NCBI RefSeq assembly: GCF_902652985.1
Contig: NC_047016.1
Location: 10,726,001 to 10,790,000 of the forward strand
From: Pecten maximus
Lineage: Eukaryota
Direction: 5' to 3'
Length of the DNA: 64,000 nucleotides
The notes below the pieces were generated by a model, which saw only the letters and a list, made by a program, of their open reading frames with translations, did not search any database and was not told where the DNA came from. The translations under genes and the position numbers were made by a program. Every line of letters starts with the position of its first letter. The first letter of the stretch is position 1. Below, one piece after another: positions 47,601-59,100 of the stretch.

Positions 47601-50600
47601 TAGACGCGGGAGCTGGGTGTTTAACCGAATTGGACCTAATGGAATCCCTATCGACATAGCATTTACCTCCAGATTCACGTTGGCCATACAACGTGTGCTG
47701 CCGCTTTACGCACTGGAATCAATAGCACGTTCCCAGGTGAATAAACGATTTGATCACGCAGCCTATTCATTACAGCCCAACCATTCGTTCTTTGCCCAAC
47801 ATCCAATGGTGAACGATGATCTTCCCAATCGTATAGCCAGTGGATCGGTCAGAATCAAGACGGACATTAAATGTTTTACCGAAACTGGTGTGGAATTCAC
47901 AGATGGAACAAAGGAAGAGAACATCGATGCGGTGGTTCTTGCGACTGGCTACAAATTCGGATTTCCTTTCATTGATAAATCCGTTATTGATGTACAGGAT
48001 AATCGCATAGAGCTATTCAAATATATGTTTCCACCAGATCTGAAAAAGTCGACCATTTGCATCGTTGGTTGTGTGCAACCTATTGGTGCTTTGATGCCGA
48101 TCTCGGAGCTCCAATGCCGACTTGCTACTAGAGTGTTCAAGGTAAGGTACTTTTACAAAAAAACTAATGTAATTATACAGTGGTTAATGTAATGTTGACT
48201 TTAAGAATGCATACCAATATATATCTAAGCATCTTATACGATCTAGCTGTTTAGCAATGACTGGATTTTATTTTGTTTAGCGCGTAACCTCCAAAGTAAA
48301 AGACTTCCTATCAAACGTCAGACCTACGTTTGAGTACAGTTTGTAAGAGTTATCCCTCCCTGTGTAACAAACAGCGAACAATCAATTATGATTTACTGAA
48401 ATAAAAGAAAATCTCCCAAAATATAAGTCTTACTTGTAGGTTAGTTTCTCAAATGAAATATGATTATCCCTGTAACCACTAAACATTTACAGAGACGTGT
48501 AGCATTGTTTCATCCTTATTTTAAAACAATCATTTTTTTCTTCAAAAACTCTAGATAATAGAAAATCAGCATGGAAAGACAAAGTTTTTTTTCTGCAAAG
48601 CAAATGATTATGCAAAGATCACTCTTGTCAATTTTCATGACAATCGGTTCATTATTGTCTGACCGTGTCCTATCCCCTTTAACAATTTCGCAAAATGATA
48701 AAACGACCAACCCATAATGCTTTTCGTATAGGGCAAAAGATAGGAATTGCAATTTAGGGAAACTAATTCAGCGAAATATTGTCAGCGCAAAGAGAGCTGA
48801 AACAAAGTTTAATGGTTAATTTGTGTGGTTCTTAGGGAGATGTCACCTTGCCGTCAAGTGATAACATGTGGGCCGACATCCGGGCGAAGGAAGAGAAGAT
48901 GAGACAAACGTATGTGAAATCTCAACGTCACACGATACAGGTGGATTGGATCCCGTTCATGGACGAAATTGCCGCACTGAATGGCTGTAAACCCAACCTA
49001 GGTATGTACAGTATACTGAAAGCACTTTGTTACAGAAGCTTTGCTCACGAAAACATTCCATTGTAATTCATTATAAAACGTATCATTTTCAATCAAATGC
49101 ACAAATATTTATATGCTTTTAAAGAACTTAACAATAATTGTAATTTTATTTTACATATTTTGGCGGTTATCACCTATATGCAGATTAAATCTCAAGTGGA
49201 ATGACAAAGATTGCATTAAATTGAAAACCAATTTCTTTTTTATTTGAACTAAACAATGAATATTTATTGTAAACATATAACACGTGTTGCTTGTGATTGT
49301 ATAGAATAAAACACAGTTGAAAAGTACGAGGGTAGTTTTGGATTTGACTACACTTAGCCTGTGTACGATGACTTGTAATACTTCAATCGGACTTGACATT
49401 TTCGCCGTCATCTTAAATTCTCCCTGACATCAAAGGGCGAAAATGCCGAAAATTAAACGGGGCGAAAATTACCAGGTATACAGTATTTCATTTCAAAGAT
49501 ATTTTTCAATTTGAATATCATCAAAAACTGATTGTAACAGTATTTAGTCCCAGTTTTCTGCACAAGACATGATGTCAGAACCAGAGAATATACACTGTTC
49601 GTTTCGCGGAAATACAAGTGTCGATTAAACATGTTTTATCAGGGTGACTAATGTTGTAAAACAGAATCTATCAGGGTGACTAATGTTGTAAAACAGAGTT
49701 TATCAGGGTGATTAATGTTGTACAACAGGATCTATCAGGTTGTCTAATGTTGTACTTGGTTTGGTTTGGTTTATTTTGTTTAACGTCCTATTAAGGTCAT
49801 TTAAGGACGGCCTCCTGTGCGTGCGACATGCATGCGTGTGGTGAGTGCGTATGCGTGTTTTGGGAGGCTGCGGTATGTGCGTGTTAAGTCTCCTTGTGAT
49901 AGGCCGGAACTTTTGCCGATTTATAGTGCTACCTCACTGAAGCATACTGCCGAAGACATCCAGCAGCACACCCCACCCGGTCACATTATACTGACAACGG
50001 GCGAACCAGTCGTCCCACTCAAAATATGCTGAGCACTAAGCAGGAGTAGCAACTACTTTGGTACGTCTCGGCTAGGGGACAGAACCTAAAGCCTTCCTCA
50101 CAGCGGCGAACGCTCAACTAAAGGCCAAAAGTGAGGCATTGTCAAGGGAGACATTAGGAAGAAGAAAGTTGTTAAGAAAGAAGAGAAAAGATAAGATCCC
50201 AAGTTTAGTCGCCTCTTACGATCATGCAATGGGGGCAGCAGGTACAACTCTTACGCCCTACCTGCAGGGCAGTAATGTTGTACAACAGGGTCTATCAGGG
50301 TGACCATTGTTGTACAACAGGATCTATCAGGGTGACTAAAGTTGTACAACAGAATCTATCAGGGTGACTAATGTTGAACAACAGGATCTGTTAGCATGAA
50401 ATGTTTCGCTTGTTTTCAGTCTTGTAGAATTTGGAAAACCATATATAATTGATTCGCTGTCCGTCCCGTTGCATCACCAATTATCACGAAAATAAATAAG
50501 ATAAATTGTTTACTTAACCTGCCATAGTTACATGCAGTTGTTCTTAGTTTAGTCCATGAACATAGCTGGCAGACAAAGTGACATGTTAAGTAGTCATGGT

Positions 50601-50912
50601 ATATTATAAATTTCTTTTGGATAATAATTTGACGTTTTTCGTACATGCTTTTGATTAATTTTAGGTATGTTGATTCGGAGAGATCTACATTTAGCGATGA
50701 AGTGTATCTTAGGGCCGTGTACACCTTACCAATATAGACTCGAGGGGCCCGGCAAATGGGATGGGGCAAGAGACGCAATCTTCACACAGATGGACCGGAC
50801 TTTAAACTGCCTGAAGACAAGACCACTAGGGTTCGAGCCTAAAAAGTCCGGGGGATTATTCCTGTTGATCTTGGTCGCCCTTCTGGCTATCGTCTATAAA
50901 CTGTTCTTCTGA
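44656..50912 (+). CDS. FMO5: Flavin-containing monooxygenase (FMO5-like), copy 1 (6 coding exons, ~530 aa)
   Basis: Exons 44656-44764, 45267-45481, 45657-45956, 47587-48141, 48836-49001, 50665-50912 (1593 nt). FAD motif GAGASG, FMO motif [17 protein letters not shown] motif GIGNSG, LATGY, and a C-terminal TM helix. The symbol means 'FMO5-like'; orthology was not tested. Confidence 0.93.
46081..46740. repeat. 24/22-bp minisatellite in FMO copy 1 intron 3
   Basis: Unit ATAACCCGAACATAACATATACCA. Confidence 0.95.
49637..50390. repeat. 32-bp tandem repeat in FMO copy 1 intron 5, interrupted by a SINE
   Basis: Unit TATCAGGGTGACTAATGTTGTACAACAGGATC on both sides of the SINE. Confidence 0.85.
49756..50272 (-). 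mobile_element. tRNA-related SINE, apparently full-length copy
   Basis: TSD TAATGTTGTAC (49745-49755 and 50273-50283), (AAACC)n tail, and an internal tRNA-like segment at ~50070-50125. Absent from FMO copy 2. Confidence 0.88.
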
Positions 50913-52964
50913 ACAAATCTGAACGTGTTTATAGTCACGTGTACTAAGTCATATTCTAAGTGACAATGGATTCGCAGTTTATATCACTATAAATGTCATG
51001 TGTGATTGTTCAGTATGGTGACACTAACATTCATGGAAATATGTGTATAGTTGTACAAAGTAACCAGTCCATTAGTAGATTGGTTGTTATCTTCACTGAG
51101 TGGTTTCTTATCCTTATCACAGCAAGTTAAAATTCTAATAGAAGTTTATTCTTTGTTGTTTAAACCTATGTGTTTCAATAAGTTTAATTTAATGCATTCG
51201 ACATCCTGTAATTGATAAATTCTTAAATATATCACATTCATAGATACACGACGTCTTACTTACCGTAGGATATACATGTACGGATATACATGTACTTGTA
51301 CAATGCCTTGTAAATACGTTTTTGTGTATTACAATATCCGACAAGCTAATTAATACAATGTGAAAATAATTATGTTTATTATTTTTATACATAGAACAAG
51401 TCGCATATTCTTTTTCAAGTAGAAGAATTGAAATAGTCGATTTTAAATGAATCCGTTCAGCACACTTTACAAAACACAAATTCAAATAATTATGTAGGTA
51501 CTGCTTAAATTAAGATGATTATAATTTTAAAGAAATAATTCAACATTGATGGTTTGAATTAATTTCCCAAAGCCTAATATAAATCATCATTCCTTGTCTG
51601 TTTATACAAGTACAACTTTATATATATCTGAATATCCCTCGTGTATAGAGAGCGATGACGACTGGGTATTTTACGTGAACCAGCAGCGTGAATCGTTTAC
51701 TGATATACGGGTACTTTGTAGTGTTTAGGTGAAGATTAACTTTAAGTAAATCGTTCAATATTTATTACTTTTATATCCATTTGAGAGATAGAGACCTGCT
51801 GACATTCCTGAGCGATCCTTGATTAATTGTATACTACCTCGAATCAAAAGACGCTCTCGCGCGTTAGATTACTGTAATTGCTTTAATGATCATAGCTTTT
51901 ATTGTTTTACCAGGCACTCATCTTCATCAAACAAGGAACAAAATAAAAATAACAAAATTGTGTTTATTTTTTCTTTCTTTATTTTTTTGAAATAGACACC
52001 TCGCTACTAATATATTTACATTTACATATTAATGAGAATGTTATTGCATTTTAAGAAAACTATTTTTATTGATTGAAATTTATCAAATGTACACGTTTTA
52101 CAACGTATTGACTATTCTATCGTAGTTAAGCTGTTTTGAATATTTGTTATGTGTGTACGATGCGGGTATTTCTAGCTAGACGATTAGGTGCCATAGATCG
52201 TGAGATCGAAGCCCGTTTAGGACACGAGTCATAAAACTTTCTTCTTTCGTCATTTGTGTTTCTATGTTAAATATATATACCCAGTATACCGTCGTTATCA
52301 CATACTAGACCGTATATATATAAATAAATTGGGAGAAGTCGTCTATAAGTTGGAAAAACTTGCTGACTAATCCCTTTGTCATTATTATATGTCAATAAAA
52401 TATGTTTAAACTAAATATTGTTTTTTTTTCAAATGACGGAAATTATGGAATGATCAATCCTTTATTCACATATTTTATTGGCCATATAATATACAATTTA
52501 TTACGTTGTTTTGTATGGATATTACTTATATATATCAACAGAATTGACGTTATATGCAAGAAACCATTAAATTACATAGAAATGCATCAGTTGATACCTA
52601 TCCTCATGTAACAAACAACTGATTTACCATAAGCAGCAATATTTGAAGTATTTAGGTGTTTTACGAGTCTCAGCGATACCATCAAACCTCACTACAGCAT
52701 GGAACTCGTTTCCGACCACAAGTAGCCGTTTTAATTTCTCTAAAAGTATAAGTCCAATTTTGACCAAACTTGGTATATAATTAGATAACATATAAAACTG
52801 CCAGCTCAACATAGTCTTCATTTACGGAATATAAGACCGCTTTTATTGCCAAGAACCCGGTTTTACTAAACGTGGTCAATTTTATTTTATGGTACATCTT
52901 TTTTAATGTTGATGTATTGATTTAATAAGATCATAAGCATCTTTTGTACAGCCCGATGAGATTA

Positions 52965-53145
52965 CAGGTTGTAGAGTCTGTCGGATGATGTTTGTCCCTG
53001 AGATTTATCGTAGCCTACTTGCTAGGTTGTAGAGTGTTGAGTGATGTTTGTTCCTGAGATTTATCGTAACCTACTTGCCAGGTTGTAGAGTCTGTAAGAT
53101 GATTTTAGTCTCTCAGATTTATCGTAACTTATTTTCCAGGTTGTA
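52965..53145. repeat. ~59-bp tandem repeat (3 units)
   Basis: AGGTTGTAGAGT...CTGAGATTTATCGTA(A/G)CCTACTTGC repeated. Confidence 0.8.
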
Positions 53146-53309
53146 ATTCATTTAGTTCCATGGCTCAGAATATACACATGTATTTGAGGTTCATTTATAA
53201 GTCGATGTTAAAAATTATGTAATGTATTGAAAAACGGGGCCATTGCGCCTCTCTGTCTAGATTTGTTACTTCTTTCGACCTATTATAGTTTTCTCAGTCG
53301 CTTCCTTGC

Positions 53310-53500
53310 TGTCAACACTTTTGGCCCTTTTCATCATTGTCGAGTCCTTGGTATCAACACTATTGGCCCTTTACAACACTGACGAGTCTAAGCTATCAAC
53401 ACTGGTGACCCTTTACGTCAATGACGAGTCCTAGATATCAACACGTTTGGCCATTTACATCACTGACTAGTCCTATGAGGACAAGACAACAGTATGGTCA
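53310..53500 (+). repeat. ~40-bp tandem repeat ending in a degenerate hammerhead core (Penelope-type relic)
   Basis: Units contain CACTGACGAGTC. The last reads CTGACTAGTCC-TATGA-GGACAAGAC, resembling CTGANGAGTCC...GGACGAAAC. Confidence 0.5.
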
Positions 53501-54687
53501 GTATAATTCATGTTTGCTCTTCTATATCGAACTCTCAATTTATGTTGAAAGGTGCCAATATCTTGTGTGTCGTTTGGCTTACAAATGAACTTTGTGTAAT
53601 ATACCCTCACTTCCATGGAAATGTTATCCGTGCAGAACTGACTATTTTTTTTACAATGGTCAATATTTAACAGGATGTCTATAGAGTGTTCAGGATGCTA
53701 GCATACTATCAATTTATTAACGTTGACGATAGTTTTGTTGTTTTTGGAAGAAAAACATACTGACAAAACAGGGCCGACAACACATAATTGTCGATTTGGA
53801 TCATGTGTCATGACTTGCCTAGCACTACCAGGCTAAGTTAGGGCTATTTTGGGAACATACTCTAAACTTTTTAAAGACGATGGTGGTCTTGTTTAAGTAT
53901 AAGAACATACCACCAACTGTTTTGACAGAGAGGGATAGACATGGCTTGTTCATTGTCTACTGGATATATTCTGCCTCACTGACAATTTCTACTTTACGGT
54001 CAATCGTCAGGGCTCTCCATCCCTATACAAACACTTACGCAATTGTAAAACTTATTATCTTTAGTGGTCTAAGAATAGTTCCACTTCTGATAAGATGTCT
54101 TTGTTTAGACGTTATCAGCCTATCATATGACTTGACACCTACATCGTATCATTAAACCGGCCTCGAGTGATACATATTTTTTTTTTCGTATTTAACCCAG
54201 CTAGTTAAGTGATACACCAACTTATTTTATGATATGGACATTAATTAGTGTTTTTGAATAATGGCCTACATATACATTGTATATAGATATGCATATATTT
54301 ATGATTATTATAGGTCGAAGTCTGTCGTATTGGCTTTTGGCCGCAGGCGCTTGCATAGAAAATGAAAATGAGAATAAAAGAAAAAAAATGATATCAGTGG
54401 TATGTGTACTGTGTAAAAGTGAAGGCCGGAAACCCCCTTACGAGCGAAACGGCACCCCACTTCACTTCAATCGACTAAACATCACATTTTTTTCAAACTG
54501 ACACGGCGCATACTATTTACTACGTTCAACTAGAAACATTTATCTTTAACCTACCGTGTCACTCAATACGAATTGTTACATCCAAAACACAATAATCCGT
54601 TAAAACATCGCCCGAATACCTCCTACAAAACACCAACTGCTCCCTCAACCTGTCCAGATTCCTCATTTACATACGGGGTTAAAAGGT

Positions 54688-54724
<37 letters not shown>
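54688..54724 (+). repeat. Poly(G) homopolymer (~37 nt)
   Basis: Direct observation. Confidence 0.95.
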
Positions 54725-54726
<2 letters not shown>

Positions 54727-55645
54727 ATAGGCGTTTTTTAATGCTATACAAACAATTTCCTCGTCCGAAAAGGCTCATTGAAGTAGTTGTACATGAGTAA
54801 CTTGACAAAATGTACATGACCTTTTAGTTGTAGTTGTAATGATACTTCACCAGATAGAACCAGATAAAGGTTCGGGAGGAGGTATAGTCCTAGATAGGGG
54901 CGGGGGAGGGGCATATCTGGTTGGATCTGGTGTGGTATTGACAGCTCACAACATAGAATCATATAGGGGTGTGGAAGGGGAAACGTAATTATTTCTCTTC
55001 TCGTATCAAGTTCACCTAATTGAATTTGATATGTAATTACACACCACAACAACAAAATGTAATACATTTAAATTGTTATTTGTTCACAACATACGTTTCC
55101 CAGTATATAATTTTGGACACATGTCACGGGAGGATCAACATAGATGACCTTCTTCTCAACACTTCGATGCATTTTTGGTATTTGTTATGTAGACTAATGG
55201 CATAGAGCAGATAGCCATACACGTGTGAACTACGAGGTGTTTGGATTTCCCCGAAGTTATTTTAGACTTATCTAGGTGCGCATGCGTTACCAGAATTTGT
55301 TTGGAACCAGTGAAGTTTTCTGCCTCCCATATAAAGTCCACGGATAAAGGTGAGATACGTTAACATATAAGTTAGATATGGTCTAACCACAGTATACGGC
55401 CAGCTTTTACACTGCAAGTGGATCAATTCAACAGACGGGTGAGGACAATAATGTGATCCTCTTAGTTTGACCACAGGCCGAATCAGATAGTACATATACT
55501 GTAGCCTATGTATTACACATGTCCTATATTTAGACACGAACAGCTATTTATAGTCTTTACAAGATTCCGCGATCTTGTTTGACCGATTTAACGATGATTC
55601 ACTCATCATTACTTAGACATACATGTACATGTACTATGGAAATCA

Positions 55646-55768
55646 CTGCCTCCGCTAAGGATCGAGCCCGGTGTCTCTGGCTTACTAGTCTAACGCTCAA
55701 CCGATCGAGCTAAAGGGAATATCTCTCTAGCCGAGCGGTATATTGTGACTAGTATTTATCAAGGTTAC
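55646..55768 (-). mobile_element. tRNA-derived fragment (SINE head or solo TRIM LTR)
   Basis: The minus strand begins TGTAACC and contains TAGCTCGATCGGTTGAGCG (A box), an anticodon-loop-like CTAGTAA and GGCTCGATCC (B box). The acceptor stem is not intact. Confidence 0.6.
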
Positions 55769-56103
55769 ATATGTTTAATTATCATATAGCGAATTGATAG
55801 ATGAACTTCCTTCTTACGGCCGTGTAACTTACAGTAAGCGGATTAAACTTCAGATTCACGAGAGCGTTTAAGGAGATCGGGAATGGGGCACCTACTGTTC
55901 CTATTTGTACATACTAATTTGCATTGGGTTATTTGTCACGAAGCAGTATAATTGTATAATATTATGTGTTTTTCAGTAAACTCTTCACTTCGATAGTGAT
56001 ATAACGTGTCAAATTGTAAAAATCGTACTAAAACTAAGTTTGGATCAATATGCCTACGTTAATTTCAGAATAATAACTACAGATCCTTGGCAGACTGGTG
56101 ACA

Positions 56104-59100
56104 ATGAAGGAGGTGGCGATTATAGGAGCTGGGGCCAGTGGCCTTACTGCCATAAAGTGTTGTCTAGATGAGGGACTGGTACCCACATGTTTCGAGAGGA
56201 CGGATGACATAGGTTCGCAATAACACCGACACATCATTATTTTCAATTAAATCATGAGAAGTTTGACAACTAGCAATATTTGCCCTGAAATCGGAATATT
56301 GAATACATTCCGGAAGTACATCATTACACGCTAAGTTGTTTTGGTATTGTAGTGTTAGCTGTTGACGGCCTGAATGACATGTACTATTACATATTGTATC
56401 CAGGGAGCAATATTATCATGTACTTCATCATATGTTTTATAAGATCTTCTCTGTGTGATGCTTTATGGAATCGAATATGTTAGACAATGGAAAAGGTATA
56501 TTGTATAATTTATATATCATAATCTGATGTGGTAAACTAAACCATGATTAAGCCATTTACACTACATGTTATAAAATTTATGATGCATTTTGATTAAATA
56601 CGGAAGACACAGCACCTCGAAGGTTAAGGTTATTATATGCTAATACCCATGTGCTCCTCCATCTCGCCCCATTAAATACTTGTAGGTGGACTGTGGAATT
56701 ATACGGAGGAGGTGAGAGACGAGCAGGCATGCGTGATGAAGTCGACGATAATTAACACGAGTAAGGAGATGATGTGTTATAGTGACTTCCCTATCCCTGA
56801 ACAGTTCCCTATGTACTTGCACAACAAGTACGTCAAACGTTACTTCAAAATGTACGCAGATAACTTCAAACTGGTCGAACATATACAGTTTAACACAGAG
56901 GTAAGGCCTATTGTCATGAAGTTACATATGAAGGGAAATTGCTCTCCAGAAGGGAAAACCGAACATTTCTATATTAAAGTAAAATTGATGATAGACCAAG
57001 CATGTCATTTCGTGTCATTTATATCACAAACGTCAGTAGACTTTATTCTATAATACGATCTTCTTTCCACTGAAGGTTTTGTCTGTGAAACAAGCCGAAG
57101 ATTTTGACATGAATGGACAATGGGTGATCTCGACTCGCGACAAAAAGACGAAAAACGAAGTCACGAAGACGTTCGACGCGGTGCTGGTTTGCACTGGTCA
57201 TCATGCTTGTCCAAATAAACCAGATTTTCCTGGGCTTTCTAAATTTAAAGGCAAGGTCATCCATTCACATGACTACAAGACCCCAAACGAATACCATGAT
57301 AAAAGGGTGGTCATCATAGGAATCGGAAATTCCGGTGGCGACGCAGCTGTGGAACTCAGTCACGTGACATCTCAAGTAAGATAACGTGTTGTGAAATAGA
57401 AAATATCAGACTACTGTTAATTCATTTTCATTGTAAGATTCAGGTGAGAAATAAGAGGATGTAAAATACTTGATTGGAATAACAGTTTGGAACCGAACTA
57501 ACCTTAACCAACCCTAACATAACAAATGTTAGTAACATGAACAGACATTGTAAAATATGTAAACAACCCGAACATAACACACGTCATCAACCCGAACATA
57601 ACTTATCTCATAACCCGAACATAACATATGTTGATAACGCGAACATAGCATATGTTGATAACGCGAACATACCATATACTAATAACCCGAACATAACATA
57701 TGTTGATAACGCGAACATAACATATACTAATAACCCGAACATAACATGTTGATAACCCGAACATAACATATGTTGATAACCCGAACATAACATATGTTGA
57801 TAACGCGAACATAACATATACTAATAACCCGAACATAACATGTTGATAACCCGAACATAACATATGTTGATAACGCGAACATAACATATACTAATAACCC
57901 GAACATAACATGTTGATATCCCGAACATAACGTATGTTGATAACCCTAACATAACGTGTCAATATGTCAACAACCTGAACATAACATGTCAATAACCCGA
58001 ACATAACATGTCAACAACCCGAACATAATATGTCAATGACCCGAACATAACATGTCAATAACCCGAACATAATATGTCAACAAGCTGAACATAACATGTC
58101 AACAACCCGAACATAACAAGTCAATAACCCGAACATAACATGTCAACAGCCCGAACATAACATGTCAATAACCCGAACATAACATTTTAACAGCCCGAAC
58201 ATAATATGTCAATAACCCGAACATAACATGTCAACAGCCCGAACATAATATGTCAACAACCTGAACATAACATGTCAACAACCCGAACATAACATGTCAA
58301 CAACCTGAACATAACATGTCAATAACCCGAACATAACACATGTCAACAACCCGAATATAATATGTCAATAACCCGAACATAACATGTCAACTGCCCGAAC
58401 ATAACATGTCAACAAGCTGAACATAACATGTCAACAACCCGAACATAACATGTCAATAACCCGAACATAACATGTCAATTACCCGAACATAACATGTCAA
58501 TAACCCGAACATAACATGTCAATAACCCGAACATAACACATGTCAACAAGCTGAACATAACATGTCAATAACCCGAACATAACATGTCAATAACCCGAAC
58601 ATAACATGTCAACAACCCGAACATAATATGTCAATAGCCCGAACATAACATGTCAATAACCCGAACATAACACATGTCAACAGCTCGAACATAACATGTC
58701 AACAAGCTGAACATAACATGTCAACAGCCCCAACATATTATGTCAATAACCCGAACATAATATGTCAATAACCCGAGCATAACATGTCAACAGCCCGAAC
58801 ATAATATGTCAATAACCCGAACATAACAGATGTCAACAAGCTGAACATAACATGTCAACAAGCTGAACATAACATGTCAACAACCCGAACATAACATGTC
58901 AATAACCTGAACATAACACATGTCAACAAGCTGAACATAACATATACTAATAACCCGAACATAGCATATGTTGATAACCCGAACATAACCATATGTTTAC
59001 AACCCGAACATAACATATACTAATAACCCGAACATAACATGTTGATAACCCGAACATAACATATGTTGATAACCCGAACATAACGTGTCAACAACCCGAA

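Noticed and set aside
54573-54817. Poly-Gly/poly-Pro ORFs
   Set aside because: They arise from the poly(G) tract, and there is no other coding signal.
55646-55715. Functional tRNA-Thr(AGT) gene
   Set aside because: The acceptor and anticodon stems are imperfect and the sequence is absent from the paralogous region, so it is better explained as a tRNA-derived repeat.
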